Below are positions 1-11,386 of a DNA stretch of 64,000 nucleotides, one piece after another. The notes beneath the pieces were generated by a model. The model was not told the origin of the DNA, made no database searches, and was given only the letters and a program-made list of their open reading frames with translations. This DNA comes from Bugula neritina. Its lineage: Eukaryota; Animalia; Bryozoa. The position numbers were made by a program, and so were the translations under genes. How positions within the stretch are numbered: position 1 is the stretch's first letter; each line of letters opens with the position of its first letter. The stretch lies in NCBI GenBank assembly GCA_964035545.1, contig OZ037767.1, positions 9,248,581-9,312,580 of the forward strand, read 5' to 3'.

Positions 1-134
1 GTTTTCTGTCTCATGTGCACGGTGGTACTGTAGAATACTGAATACGTGTTGCTGATAAGCAAAGAACTGACAGTGTTTTAACACTTGCTAGTTGCATGCC
101 CCATGTTTGTAATATCATGTTTTGTTTCCCACAG

Positions 135-706
135 GGTGGATTTGGCTCAGAGGTTTGTATCATCTTGTCTTGTGTTCTGTCTATGTGGGGGGAGGTTGGC
201 GACTGTCACATTTATTTCCATAGGAAAACCTGTTGATCACTAGTTGTCTGTCCCTTCTGTATTTCTCCTGTCAAATGCATAATAATTGATATTTTTGAAA
301 ACTTGGATATTTGTCTGGGATGATGTCACTTGAACTATTGGTTTTCAGAGAGATTTTAAAACTTTTATTAAATGTCTTCTAGTTATTGGTTCGGGGTTGA
401 AATGAAAGATTTTTTGTCCATATCAACTTTAAGTGCATTTCACTCCACAAACAATGCAACTAATTCAGATTACTGAAGCGCTTTAATTCTGGATTTATAT
501 TATGTGAAAAATGTAATGGCAATTTTATTGCAAATGGGTTGTTCAAAAATTTCAGTTTTGCAAGCAAGCTCTAAATCCTATTACCTGTCTATATCTTGTA
601 TTTTATGTTTTTCTAGGATGCTGGTACAGCAGTCATTACTGATGATGTAAGCCTGCAAGTCTTTATGGAACACCTCAAGAAACTTTCCGTTAGCCCATCT
701 TCCTAA
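135..706 (+). CDS. SEC23: SEC23 (COPII coat subunit), 3'-terminal exons only: 617-706 plus a probable 18-nt microexon at 135-152
   Basis: 617-706 follows a ttctag acceptor and reads DAGTAVITDDVSLQVFMEHLKKLSVSPSS*, matching the conserved Sec23 C-terminus (TDDVSLQVFMDHLKKLAVS). 135-152 (GGFGSE) is bounded by cag/gt in phase 0. Confidence 0.9.
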
Positions 707-1304
707 GCAGGTCTTTTCGTTTGTTTCATGAACATACTGGGCTTGTTATTTGTATGGATAAAGCATTATATCGTATTCTGGGACATTCAGCACAAAAACT
801 TAGTTTTATATACTGGTCATTTTTTGTTCTCGTGTATGTCATAATTTATTACTAACAAAATATAGAATTTATACCACAATCAGTAAAGAGATCCATCTTC
901 ATATGAAATCAAATTGCAAATTAAAATAATTTACATAAGAAAAACAACAGTGATGGCATATGCCCAATGTAAAGTTCAAAAATGATGTGCTGTATATTTT
1001 TATTTTAGTTTTAAACAATGAGCTTGATGAATAAAGTTGAAATATGGCATATAAAAGATTTTTTAGTATAATTCAAATAGATGAATTCAAAAATAAACCA
1101 ACAGTGTTAATAATCAATAAGCATAATTAACTCTAAATGTAATTAATTGCCTGTAGCACTCAACAACTTACTTTTGGTAATAGTACAGCTTTGAAAAAGA
1201 TGAACAGCAGTGTTATCTTTGCAGGTAACATCAGCACATTTGTTATTGCTCACGACACCTTAAAAAACTTGAATGTGGAATGACAACTCCATTGACAATA
1301 AAGG

Positions 1305-4300
1305 TTAATGAGATGACAGTTTGGTAAAAAGTTTCTGTGCGTTTTCAGTAGTCATCTGAATTACTTCTTCTCGAGAGATTCCTTTAGTTTTAGCGATAAA
1401 GTCACACGATACGTTGATATTAACTGGCTCGTTTCTACCCTGCAAATATTAAACACATCATTAAACTATATTTCTAACCTATCACAGCTTATCTTGCAAA
1501 CCATGTTGCCTCTAGCCAAACATTGCTAAGTGATCAGCCTATCAAAGAATGTGCCAATAAACATACACACCGCCCACAGTTTTCTTTATCTATCAATCCA
1601 CTAACAGATACTAGTGTAGACTTACATGCTTCTCCGGCCCTAAAGCTGGTGAGTCCGTTTCTAAAACTAAGTGAGTCAATGGTATGCTCTTTACTAGCTT
1701 CTGTTTCTAGAGGAGAAAGAACAAGACGTCACATTACAGCAAAATCTACTAGTTAAATGCAGCAGGCAATGATATTACAGTTAAAGAACTGACAGAACAA
1801 TCCAAAATTGCTTACTTGCATGTAATTAAATAAAATTTTAAAGCGTTTAACTTTTCAGTTACAGTTGTTAAATGATTGAAATTCATTACAATTAAAACAA
1901 GAAAAAATTGTCAACCTTACAGTATAGTATAATTATATATATGCTGGCAACATCATTAGTATAGGTAATAGGTAATACGTTAATTATAAAGTTAAAGATC
2001 TATTACATTACCTGTGGACTTCGCACCACACTTGGAGGAATAGAGAAATAATAACCCAGCTCCACCCCCTTCAGTGCTGTGCTGACTTTAGCATCAAATG
2101 CATGCAGGAGTACCTTTAATTATAAGGGTACTAGAGAGGACCAGACACCAATTTTCTACTGTTTGTAAGAGAACTGGACCCCAAAGAAAGTGCAAGGTTG
2201 AACTGGAACACTTTAGTTAGGGATAGTTCCCATAATATTGGACTGGCAATCACAATGCACATACTTTGAAATTTATTAAACAGTTACTTTAAATCTCAAA
2301 CTATTTTGAGTGAAATTTTAATATATATACTTGTATAATTTTCAAGAGACACTACATAATTGTTAAATGTCAATTTCAGTATGGTTTCAAACTCCAGGCA
2401 GCAAAAGCTACAGTTGTAAAGAGGCCAGGGAACTGTTACTGAAACATATCCCTTGATAAAAATAGTTCATAAATAGGTAAACATATATTTACAATAAAAC
2501 TGTACACTGGTACACCTGACACTGAAAGCTTGAGGTAATAGACTGTATGGCTGTCTATCTTATATAGAGCTACTCTAATTAATACTCTTCAACTGCAATG
2601 TCTACCTTTCTGGCACCAGCCTCTTCCAGAGTGTCAATTACATGTTTACCAGCACTTCGGGAGTGGACGTTTCTGTAGGAGGTGAAAAGAAAAAGATGGG
2701 TAATATATAGCTACTTGACAACTAATATGTATATGGTAGAGAGCTTTGAGGTAGCAACATGTATATTACAGGAATCTTTAAGAAAGCAACACGTATATGA
2801 AAAGGGATGACAACCCCCTACGCAGTCTTTGCACAATTCAATATAGTAAGTTATTAGGTGTGTCACTTATAGGAAAACATTATATACAAAATAAATGTAC
2901 AATAAGCAATGGTATCACAATGATAAAACTACCATTAAAGTTACCAGTACAGACTACTGCTTCAGCAGAGGCAATACAATGCACAGTATGTGTTATACAG
3001 CATAGCCTAAATGCAGTATAGTTATACATTTTGTGCAGATGTGGTAACACAATATACAGTAGAAACAACACACCAGTTTTGTGGGCAAGAAAACACCTTT
3101 TTTATGACAGACAAGTTTTTAATTAATCAACAGCCTTTAACCAAAGTGGAGTGGTAAATCCATTATTAAAAATGCCCTTCCTCTAAACAAGATAAGTCTT
3201 AAGCTACATGTACACAGGTCGATTTTTCATGAAAACCGGCCGATAAACTGTTAGCGATTTTTTAGGATTTTTGAAAAATCGGCCGATTTTGCTTTTGGCA
3301 GATTTTTGTAGCGATTTTCAGAATTGAACATGTTCAATTTATCGGCCGATTTTCTGTTGAACCAGCCAATCAAAAGCTGGCAGAAAATCATGACAGCGAG
3401 CGAAGTTAACACCATTGTTGAAATACAACTAGGAAGTAATTAATACGTTGCTATCACTACGATACATCATATATGAAATACAAATATAAAAATAACTATC
3501 ACTCGAAGTAGTAGTAATAAAAACGCAATTTTTATTTATTAAAACATCAGAATAAACATATTGCTTTTTTAAATAGAACACTGGTATTATTCTCAACTTT
3601 TACTCATTTATAATACAATTTATAACTTTTAGTTTTAATTTTTATATTTATGTAACTAATATTAGCATCTCAACTTTATAGTTTAATTTTTGTTGAGAGA
3701 ACAGATTTGCAGTGATCGTGAATTTTCGTTAGTAATTTAGTTAGCTCCAAGACGGCCGTTGTCTCAACATAAATATGATTGTGAGTTTTTGTTAATAAGT
3801 TAGCTCCAAGACGGCGGTTTTGTCAACATAAATATGATCGTGATTGGTGGCAACAGTCAGTTCGGTACTGCCTGCTGTAATATATATACCTCATCATGTA
3901 CGATTCAGAGATTACTCAAAAATATGTCGACAACTTGGAGAAGTTTCCTGCTCTGTGGGATAACCGTAGTAAGGTTTATTCAAACAAGGATGCTAAGAAG
4001 AGGGCTTGGGCTGACCTGGCAGCTCTTGTTGGAATATCGGCTAAAGAGCTTCAGACTCTTCACAAAACCAATAGAACTTACTTTGCAAAGGTAATTTAAT
4101 ATAATTTTATACTGACTGCATTTGGAATGAGAAAATTAAAATGATATTTAAATTAATATTTATATAGGTACTATGATTTTTAACCGGAGCACAAAAGGCG
4201 CTTTCATCAGCCGTCTGGAGCTGGTGGAGAGGAGCGCAACAAAAAAACATACCCATATTACGAGCAGATGCTCTTTTTTTTGCCAACTCTTAAAACTAGG

Positions 4301-7300
4301 AGCTCGCACTCCAACCTTATTGCTGAGGTAAGCAACAGTAGTGATTGTGGTAATACGCAAATCGATGTAAGCATACATTATTTATTAATAGGTTGTTAAT
4401 TATTTCACATAATAATATGAGTTTAGGATAGAAATCAGAATGAAAATTGTGATGATGGAAGTAGTCAAGGTGATTCATCACAACCATCTCCCACATCATC
4501 AAGGTCCGAACCAATACTTCTGCTGCCAGCTGCATCTAGGACACCTGTGACATCGCCCCCACCTGTGACATTTCCCCGACCTGTAACATCTCCCCCACCT
4601 GTAACATCTCCCCCACCTGTGACATCTCCCCCACCTGTGACATCTCCCCGACCTGTAACATCTCCCCCACCTGTAACATCTCCCCCACCTGTAACATCTC
4701 CCCCACCTGTAACATCTCCCCCACCTGTGACATCTCCCCCACCTGTGACATCTCCCCCACCTGTAACATCTCCCCCACCTGTGACATCTCCCCCACCTGT
4801 AACATCTCCCCCACCTGTGACATCTCCCCCACCTGTAACATCTCCCCCACCTGTGACATTTCCCCCACCTGTGACATCTCCCCCACCTGTGACATCTCCC
4901 CCACCTGTGACATCTCCCCCACCTATGCGTGGCAACACACCAAGTAACAACGAAACTTTCCGGGTTGGTGGACGAGGCAGAGGAACAAAAGTTAGTAGTT
5001 AGTTAGGCTTTCACACAATAAAGGTGAATGTGTGAGAGCTGTATACCAGCTATTAAAAATTGTTGTGGTGCCTAAACAATCCACATGGCAGGATGGTTTA
5101 ATAACATACTTTGAACACGAGAATGCTTAATCAGGGTTAACTGTAATTCGATAACAGATATAGTGGTTTGCATCATTTACAATCTTACTAAAATGTCAAA
5201 TAAAAAAGATTTGATTTAAGTTGGGCAGGTTTGTAATACTTAACACTTTCTTAAATGCTTTTTATGTTCTGTTTTAGCGACCACTAGAATCCAATCCCAG
5301 AGATCATCTAAGGATGAAGTGTTTGGAGTTTCTGAACACTCCAACCAAGGACCACTTGGACTTGTGGGGTGATGCGCTTGTTGCTGACCTACGCCAGATC
5401 ACCAATGTTGCTGTAAGCATTGTAACTAAAAAGACTCAAGACTTCGTTAGTTGCGATTAAAATATTATCAAACCACTGCTTATCAATTCATATACTTTTT
5501 GTAGGTAAGGAGACGCTTGATGCATCGCCTGTCTGGGGAAGTTGTGGATGCTATCTGCCAGCAGTCGGAAACAACTAGGAGGCCATACGTGCCCAGTTTG
5601 CTACCAGCTAGTGGTTCTGCTGAAGACGGTGCCGTAGCCGAATCACCACATCAGAGTACTTCTTCAATTTTATCGCAACTAAATGCACACATGACCTATG
5701 AATTTATGTAAATTTTTGTATGTTGTGTAAATAAATATATGCATAGTTTTAAACAAAACTGAAACAAAAATATCAATATTTATTGTAAAATGTAATGTAA
5801 AATATGTAATATTTTAATCAAAAGTACATGCATTGCTAACTAGCAAAAGAGTCAATCATCCCGTTAAATGCTGTTGCAAACCCTGGCCAATAGCCACCAT
5901 CCTATCCTGCCAGTCAACACGCCCAACCCCATTGAACCATCTGCAAAGAGTCTCCTGGATGTCTTTTGGCTCTCTACCTGCATGATTACCGGCCAGGCGA
6001 CGTTGCAGTGGATGCAACTCTGTTTGGACTTCTTGCCGCCAGGTAGCATTCTCAACATACGCATCGGCATCGACTGTGAATGTCATGGCATTGTTGTCTA
6101 GCAGATAGTTCTGCAATGCACAGCATGCCATTATGATGTTGTCTACCTTGTCAGGCTGCAGATTAATTGGCCGCTGGAATATCCGCCACATTGCCACGAG
6201 TCTACTAAATGAGGTTTCTGTGATTAAAATAAAATATCGAATGTATTCCATAATTGTAATTAAAAAAAGTATTTACATACCAACAATTCTCCTGGCTCGA
6301 CTGAGTCTGTAGTTGAACACCAGTTTATCGTTGCTGAGTAGGCCACGAGACCTTGGATATGGCTTCATCCTATACTTTTTAAGCGGAAATGCCTCGTCTG
6401 ATACGAAGTGGTAGGGTACGAGGCTATCAGTGTATGGCAAGCACGCATAATCTGGGAGGTGTGCTTGGTCCCTCTCAAGTAACTCCTTCAGAGGCGACTC
6501 TCTCCATATGCCTGCGTCTGAACTTCTGCCATTGGCCCCAACGTTTATGTAGATGAACCTACAAAGTATCAGATGCTGTCATTTTGTGGAAAGAGCATGT
6601 CTGCACTCAAATAAATTTGGGGTTGAAAATTAATTTTTGCATTCAAGAGAGTAAGGATGCATTAATTACCTTTGATTTGCGTCTGCTATGGCCATCAACA
6701 CTATGCTTTCATAGCCTTTATAGTTGTGGAATGCCGAACCAGCAGACTTGGGCTTCATTATCCGCTAAAATAAGCCACAAACACCACAAAATTGAAATAC
6801 TCTGCGCCTTGAAAATTGCCTACAAATAACAATTTAATTTTGTAATACATACAATATGCTTGCCGTCTAGAGATCCGATGCAGTTAGGATAGTTCCATCT
6901 AGCAAGGTAGTCCTTTGCTACTGCTCGCCATTCATCTGCGCTCTGTGGAAACCTTATATGGGTTGGCTGAAGCACTTTATAAATTGCAGCACACATCTCA
7001 TGTATAATGTTGGATATTGTTTTTACACCTTCAATATGAAATGAAGAGCATACAAAAACAAAATAGTATTATGCAAACAACCAAGTAATATTACATTACA
7101 TACTATTACAAAATATATATATACTTACCTAGATGAAATTGGTAATGAAGATCGCTCATTGTTGCCCCAGTTGCTAGGAAGCGTAGAGTGCAGGAAAGGC
7201 GAGTCCGAGGATCAATGGCAGGCCGCATCTGAGTGTCTTGTTTTTTTGTTAGTGGAGTGACCATTTCCAGCAGCTTGTCGAAGAGTGGCTCTGGCATACG

Positions 7301-8225
7301 AAAGTAGTGAGTGAAAGTCCCTACCCTTCGCGAACTATCATCACGTAGCAGCTTAGGGACTGTTGTATTCATTGCACCTATAATTTAAAATACAAACAAG
7401 AAGTAATTAATGAATATACATTCCCATCAATATGATATTTAGGTGAGTTCACTTAATTTAGTATAGACTGCTACTAAACATTAATAGTTATAAATTAGAA
7501 TCACCAAATAACTAAATAATTAAATAATTAAATGTCATGAAACACTCACCTATTTGTAGGATGTAGGTTAATGAAGAGAAGTAAGAATATTTTTTTGTTT
7601 AATTTAATTAGTCAATTGATTTTTAGTTTGAAACTCATACATTAAATTAATCTCTCAAACTTGAATTGCAATATTTCTTTGTGAGATTTGGCAAATAACT
7701 ATACATTTTATGTAGCTATAAAATCATTAACAAATTTTCAATATTCGACTATTATTGAAATAGAGGTTTAAGAAATTGAATTAATTTTCGTTTAAATTTT
7801 AAATCTGCCTTTTAAGAGCAAACTTTAAAGTCTTAGTCTAATATTGAACGCATGTTATCAATTTTTGTTGTTTTTTTCAGATTATTTAGAGGATTTTACA
7901 CAAAATAAGATTAAGTGTAATTACAATATTTCAGTTTCACAACTTGAACTAAAAAATACTCATACTGATACTAAAATTAGACAGCCTAATACAGTAATAC
8001 TAATAGTAATAGTAATTTACTAATTATTTTATGTTATTCATATTGTTTGACATTAGGGATTTGTACTAAATCATTTATGAAATACAAGTAATTACATAAA
8101 TTGAATGTATGTTAACGTACTACTACTACTGCTACTACTACTACCACTGCTACTACTGCCACTACTACTACACACTAGTACTACACACTAGTACTACACA
8201 CTAGTACTAGTAGTACTAGTAGTAC

Positions 8226-8272
<47 letters not shown>

Positions 8273-11200
8273 CTAGTAGTAGTGAGCATTTAGTAGCTGG
8301 ATACAACTCGCCTTCCTAGTCTCTACTTCTGCACCACCTCCTGGCTCGTTTCTCATTGATGGAGTTGTCTTCCTCATCGTTATAAAATAACATATAAGCT
8401 GCAGCTGCTAAAATTTGTTTATCGTTTCTAGCCATTTCACGTGTAAAAAGAATGTATATTATAATAATGCCGATGTATGTTTACTCAGTTACTATGCTAA
8501 TGCACATGAAACTAATCTTGAACTTTGCGCATGAACCTAAAAGAAAGTTATATAGACTGAGAGCCATCCGCCAATAAAACGCAAGCAGAAAATTAACCCG
8601 GGAAATAAAAATTGCCTAGAAAATCAGTCGATTTTTCAATCAGCAATAGCGAAATCGACAAGTACAAAATCGGCTGAAAAAATCAGCGTGTGTACATGTA
8701 GCTTTAATAAGTGGAAGGACCACCCAAGTTAGTTTCAACAGTCTTGATGGAACCTTGAAGCCATTGGTACATGCCACCAGAAATTGAACACACAAAGGAA
8801 ATTGCTACCTCGTTTTACGGGTGGGGGGGGAAGCTATCAAAGAAAGATACTGAAGAAGCTAGGCATGGTCATCCTGACTGATGTATGCCATCCACCAGAT
8901 ACTTCTGGTGGTGAGATGGTAGAGCAATACGGTGTAGTTTAGGCATCGTAGAGTAATACAGCACAGTGCAGATTTCGGCAAAAGTAATGTAGTGTGGTGA
9001 AAGTGTAATGATGTACAGAAGCAAGCTAATAACAATACTAAAACTTACAGAGGAAGGTTTAAATGAGATGCAAGTTTAGCTTGATTTCTGAGGATTTCTT
9101 TCTGTTCAAGTTTATCGTCAGCTGATTTGATGTAATAAGGAGTGAAGTCAAGTCCGCATTCACCTGTGAAAACACGTAGTAAAACACTAGTGTCATTATA
9201 CTACTAGAGTTAATCTATCAAGTAGGAAGAATAGAGGCAGCATTAACTAATAACTAAATCATATAAATATAGTAGTTGCATGAGCACTACTAACCTATAC
9301 AATACAACTTGTCTTGATTGGTTAGTATTGCCTCAGTGACTTCCTCCGTGTAATCAGATAATAGTACACTCCTGTCAAAGTTACCAGAATCACTCATCTG
9401 AAAGTAATTATTACAAATCATCACATTTTAGGAAGATGTTTGACAACATACCAGTGAGTAGAACAATTAGAATACATGGCTAATCAAGCCACTTCTACAG
9501 AAATAAAACTGTGTTAAATAATAAGCATAGCATAATATTGAAGGTTATGCTATTTATGGCCTTTTTCAAGAATTCATAAATGAATAAATATTTACTAGTA
9601 TGCTTAATCACTGAGTCTAATATACTACTAATCAAACAAGGTAAGCTATATAATATTCAAGATATAAATTTTGTCAGCCAATGGTGGCCAGCTATTATTG
9701 AAAATAAATTAAGTTTATAAATAACATATCTATATTGTTTGCACAGCCAGTAACCTCCCAAGAGGCATTTATTAACAGCGTAACTTATGTATCAATTCAT
9801 AAATTACCTGCACGGGATGCAACCCTAGTCCTGGGAGCACAAAATCCCTGTGCCTGCAAATAATTTCATAATATTATGAACATGAATATTTTATAACACA
9901 TAGGAGTACAACTGTTATGAACGCAAGCATTTTCTAGCAAACTAACAGCGTATGTTACCCATCTAGTTTATTTGACAGGTTCTATTACTACTAAAGTGGA
10001 TTAGTTATGTGTTAATAAAGCATAGTCTAGCCTCACATAGTCATGGCTAACTTCAAAGCAGCAAGCTTGCATGGAACAACCTTATAAATACATGTAGTTG
10101 TGTTAGTGTAAGCCACACTGAATTTGAGAGAGATGAAGCTAGATATTTTACTCATGTGATTTAAAACAAGTCATTCACTGGAGGGGATGATTAATGTGCC
10201 AATTAAAAACTGAAGTGACAAAGTTGATGTTGATGAAAGTAATATGTATGTGGGTTCTCAAATCAGAAAGAACTTATGAATGCACCTACATATAAATCAT
10301 GCTTACCACAAAAAATTATATGTAGACCTAGTACATGTTTTGTAAACAGCAGATATGGGCTCATTTCCACATCCATAATTACTTTCGGCATAACAACATA
10401 GCTCTCCATTAGTATTTCAATTTTTAATTCTGAGCTTTATGAAAATGTTTCTAAATTGATTACTTTATATTCAATTTATAACTGCTGGCTAAGCTCACTG
10501 TGGTGAGTGACTTGTGTTTTTATAGGATACAAAACTGCAGGCGGCTTTACTCTATTTTAATAAATATTTATCTAATAGTGTGAGCTCTCTTACAGAACTC
10601 GTACCACACAGCTAGCACCACACACACACACGGTACCTTTCATACAGAGACATGACATCTTGAAACTGGAAAAATGCTTCTGGCAACACAACTGCTCGAG
10701 CCACACCTGCCTGAAAAATAACAACAACCTGATTAGTATTATAATTACGTTTTCTACCATTTAATTCAAATTCACTACATATATTGACTATTATATATAT
10801 AATATATAGTTATTCAGAATAAAAGAGTTATTTTGAAATGTCAACAGCTTCTCTTAAGCTGTTATTCAAAGTATGCACATAATACACTGTAACTGTAATA
10901 TATATTATAACTATAATATAACATAACTATAACATAATATACTATAACATAATATACTAGAACATAATATACTATAACATAATATAATGTAACTATAACT
11001 ATAATATACTATAACTATAACATAATATACTATAACTATAACATAATATACTATAACTATAACATAATATACTTTAACTTACAGCTTTGGCTTTGGCAAT
11101 CACTTCATCCACATCCTAAAATTTATCATAAACATTAGATGGAATTCTAAGGTAACTTCTCGCAATTCACTGCCAGCACTAATAACTTTACAATATATTT

Positions 11201-11386
11201 CCTTTGCCTGTTAAGTAGTGTTTAACTAGTTTAACTACTAAACTAATCATCCTTATATGGACAAACAAAAATGAGTAAAAGAAGACTCAAGTGCCTAATA
11301 TCCTTAATAGAGACTAACTGCTTAACAAACCTGTATACCTCTAGAAAAGCAGCGTCTGCCAGATGAGAATGGCAGTCTATCATCAT
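1305..11386 (-). CDS. TATDN3: TatD-family DNase TATDN3; coding exons 11339-11386, 11083-11115, 10637-10710, 9808-9853, 9295-9397, 9049-9163, 2606-2672, 2012-2113, 1626-1706, 1305-1439
   Basis: Phase-compatible GT-AG exons give MMIDCHSH...LGLHPVQ...IGECGLDF...LNVHSRSAG...VLLHAFD...[12 protein letters not shown]...RNEPVNI...TTENAQKLF. TatD metal/catalytic motifs are intact. Confidence 0.93.
3896..5711 (+). CDS. Harbinger MADF (Myb/SANT-like) DNA-binding protein with a (VTSPPP)n linker and a BESS-like C-terminus; exons 3896-4090, ~4190/4211-4327, 4427-4990, 5278-5412, 5505-5711
   Basis: [26 protein letters not shown] and PSGAGG...[12 protein letters not shown] are MADF-like. Exons 3-5 are phase 0 and open. 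The exon 2 acceptor is ambiguous. Confidence 0.8.
4544..4923 (+). repeat. 18-bp minisatellite CCTGTRACATCTCCCCCA, ~21 copies, coding in frame within the MADF gene
   Basis: Tandem array seen directly; frame continuous with the exon starting at 4427. Confidence 0.95.
5856..8435 (-). CDS. Harbinger DDE transposase (HARBI1-like); exons 8312-8435 (in-frame TAG at 8316-8318), 7129-7377, 6853-7028, 6670-6764, 6281-6558, 5856-6217
   Basis: YFRM...[63 protein letters not shown]. The D-D-E triad is present and splice phases are consistent. One stop in putative exon 1. Confidence 0.88.
8119..8283. repeat. (TAC)n/(TAG)n inverted microsatellite in the first transposase intron
   Basis: A tactactac run switches to a tagtagtag run around 8205-8230. 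Confidence 0.85.
10905..11072. repeat. AT-rich 15/21-bp minisatellite (TATAACATAATATAC) just inside a TATDN3 donor site
   Basis: Tandem array seen directly. Confidence 0.85.

Larger units (their letters stand above)
3202..8703. mobile_element. Full-length PIF/Harbinger DNA transposon (5.5 kb) inside a TATDN3 intron
   Basis: TIR AGCTACATGTACACA at 3202 and its reverse complement ending at 8703. TTA target-site duplication at 3199-3201 and 8704-8706. Convergent MADF and DDE transposase genes inside. Confidence 0.93.

Noticed and set aside
4465-4950. Minus-strand GGGDVT / VGEMSQ repeat ORFs
   Set aside because: Antisense readings of the 18-bp array; the + frame fits the MADF exon chain.
4160-8435. 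Stop-codon reassignment explaining the TAA/TAG in the Harbinger genes
   Set aside because: Host genes terminate normally at TAA, TAG and TGA. The MADF TAA is avoidable by acceptor choice, and the transposase TAG is more simply a mutation.
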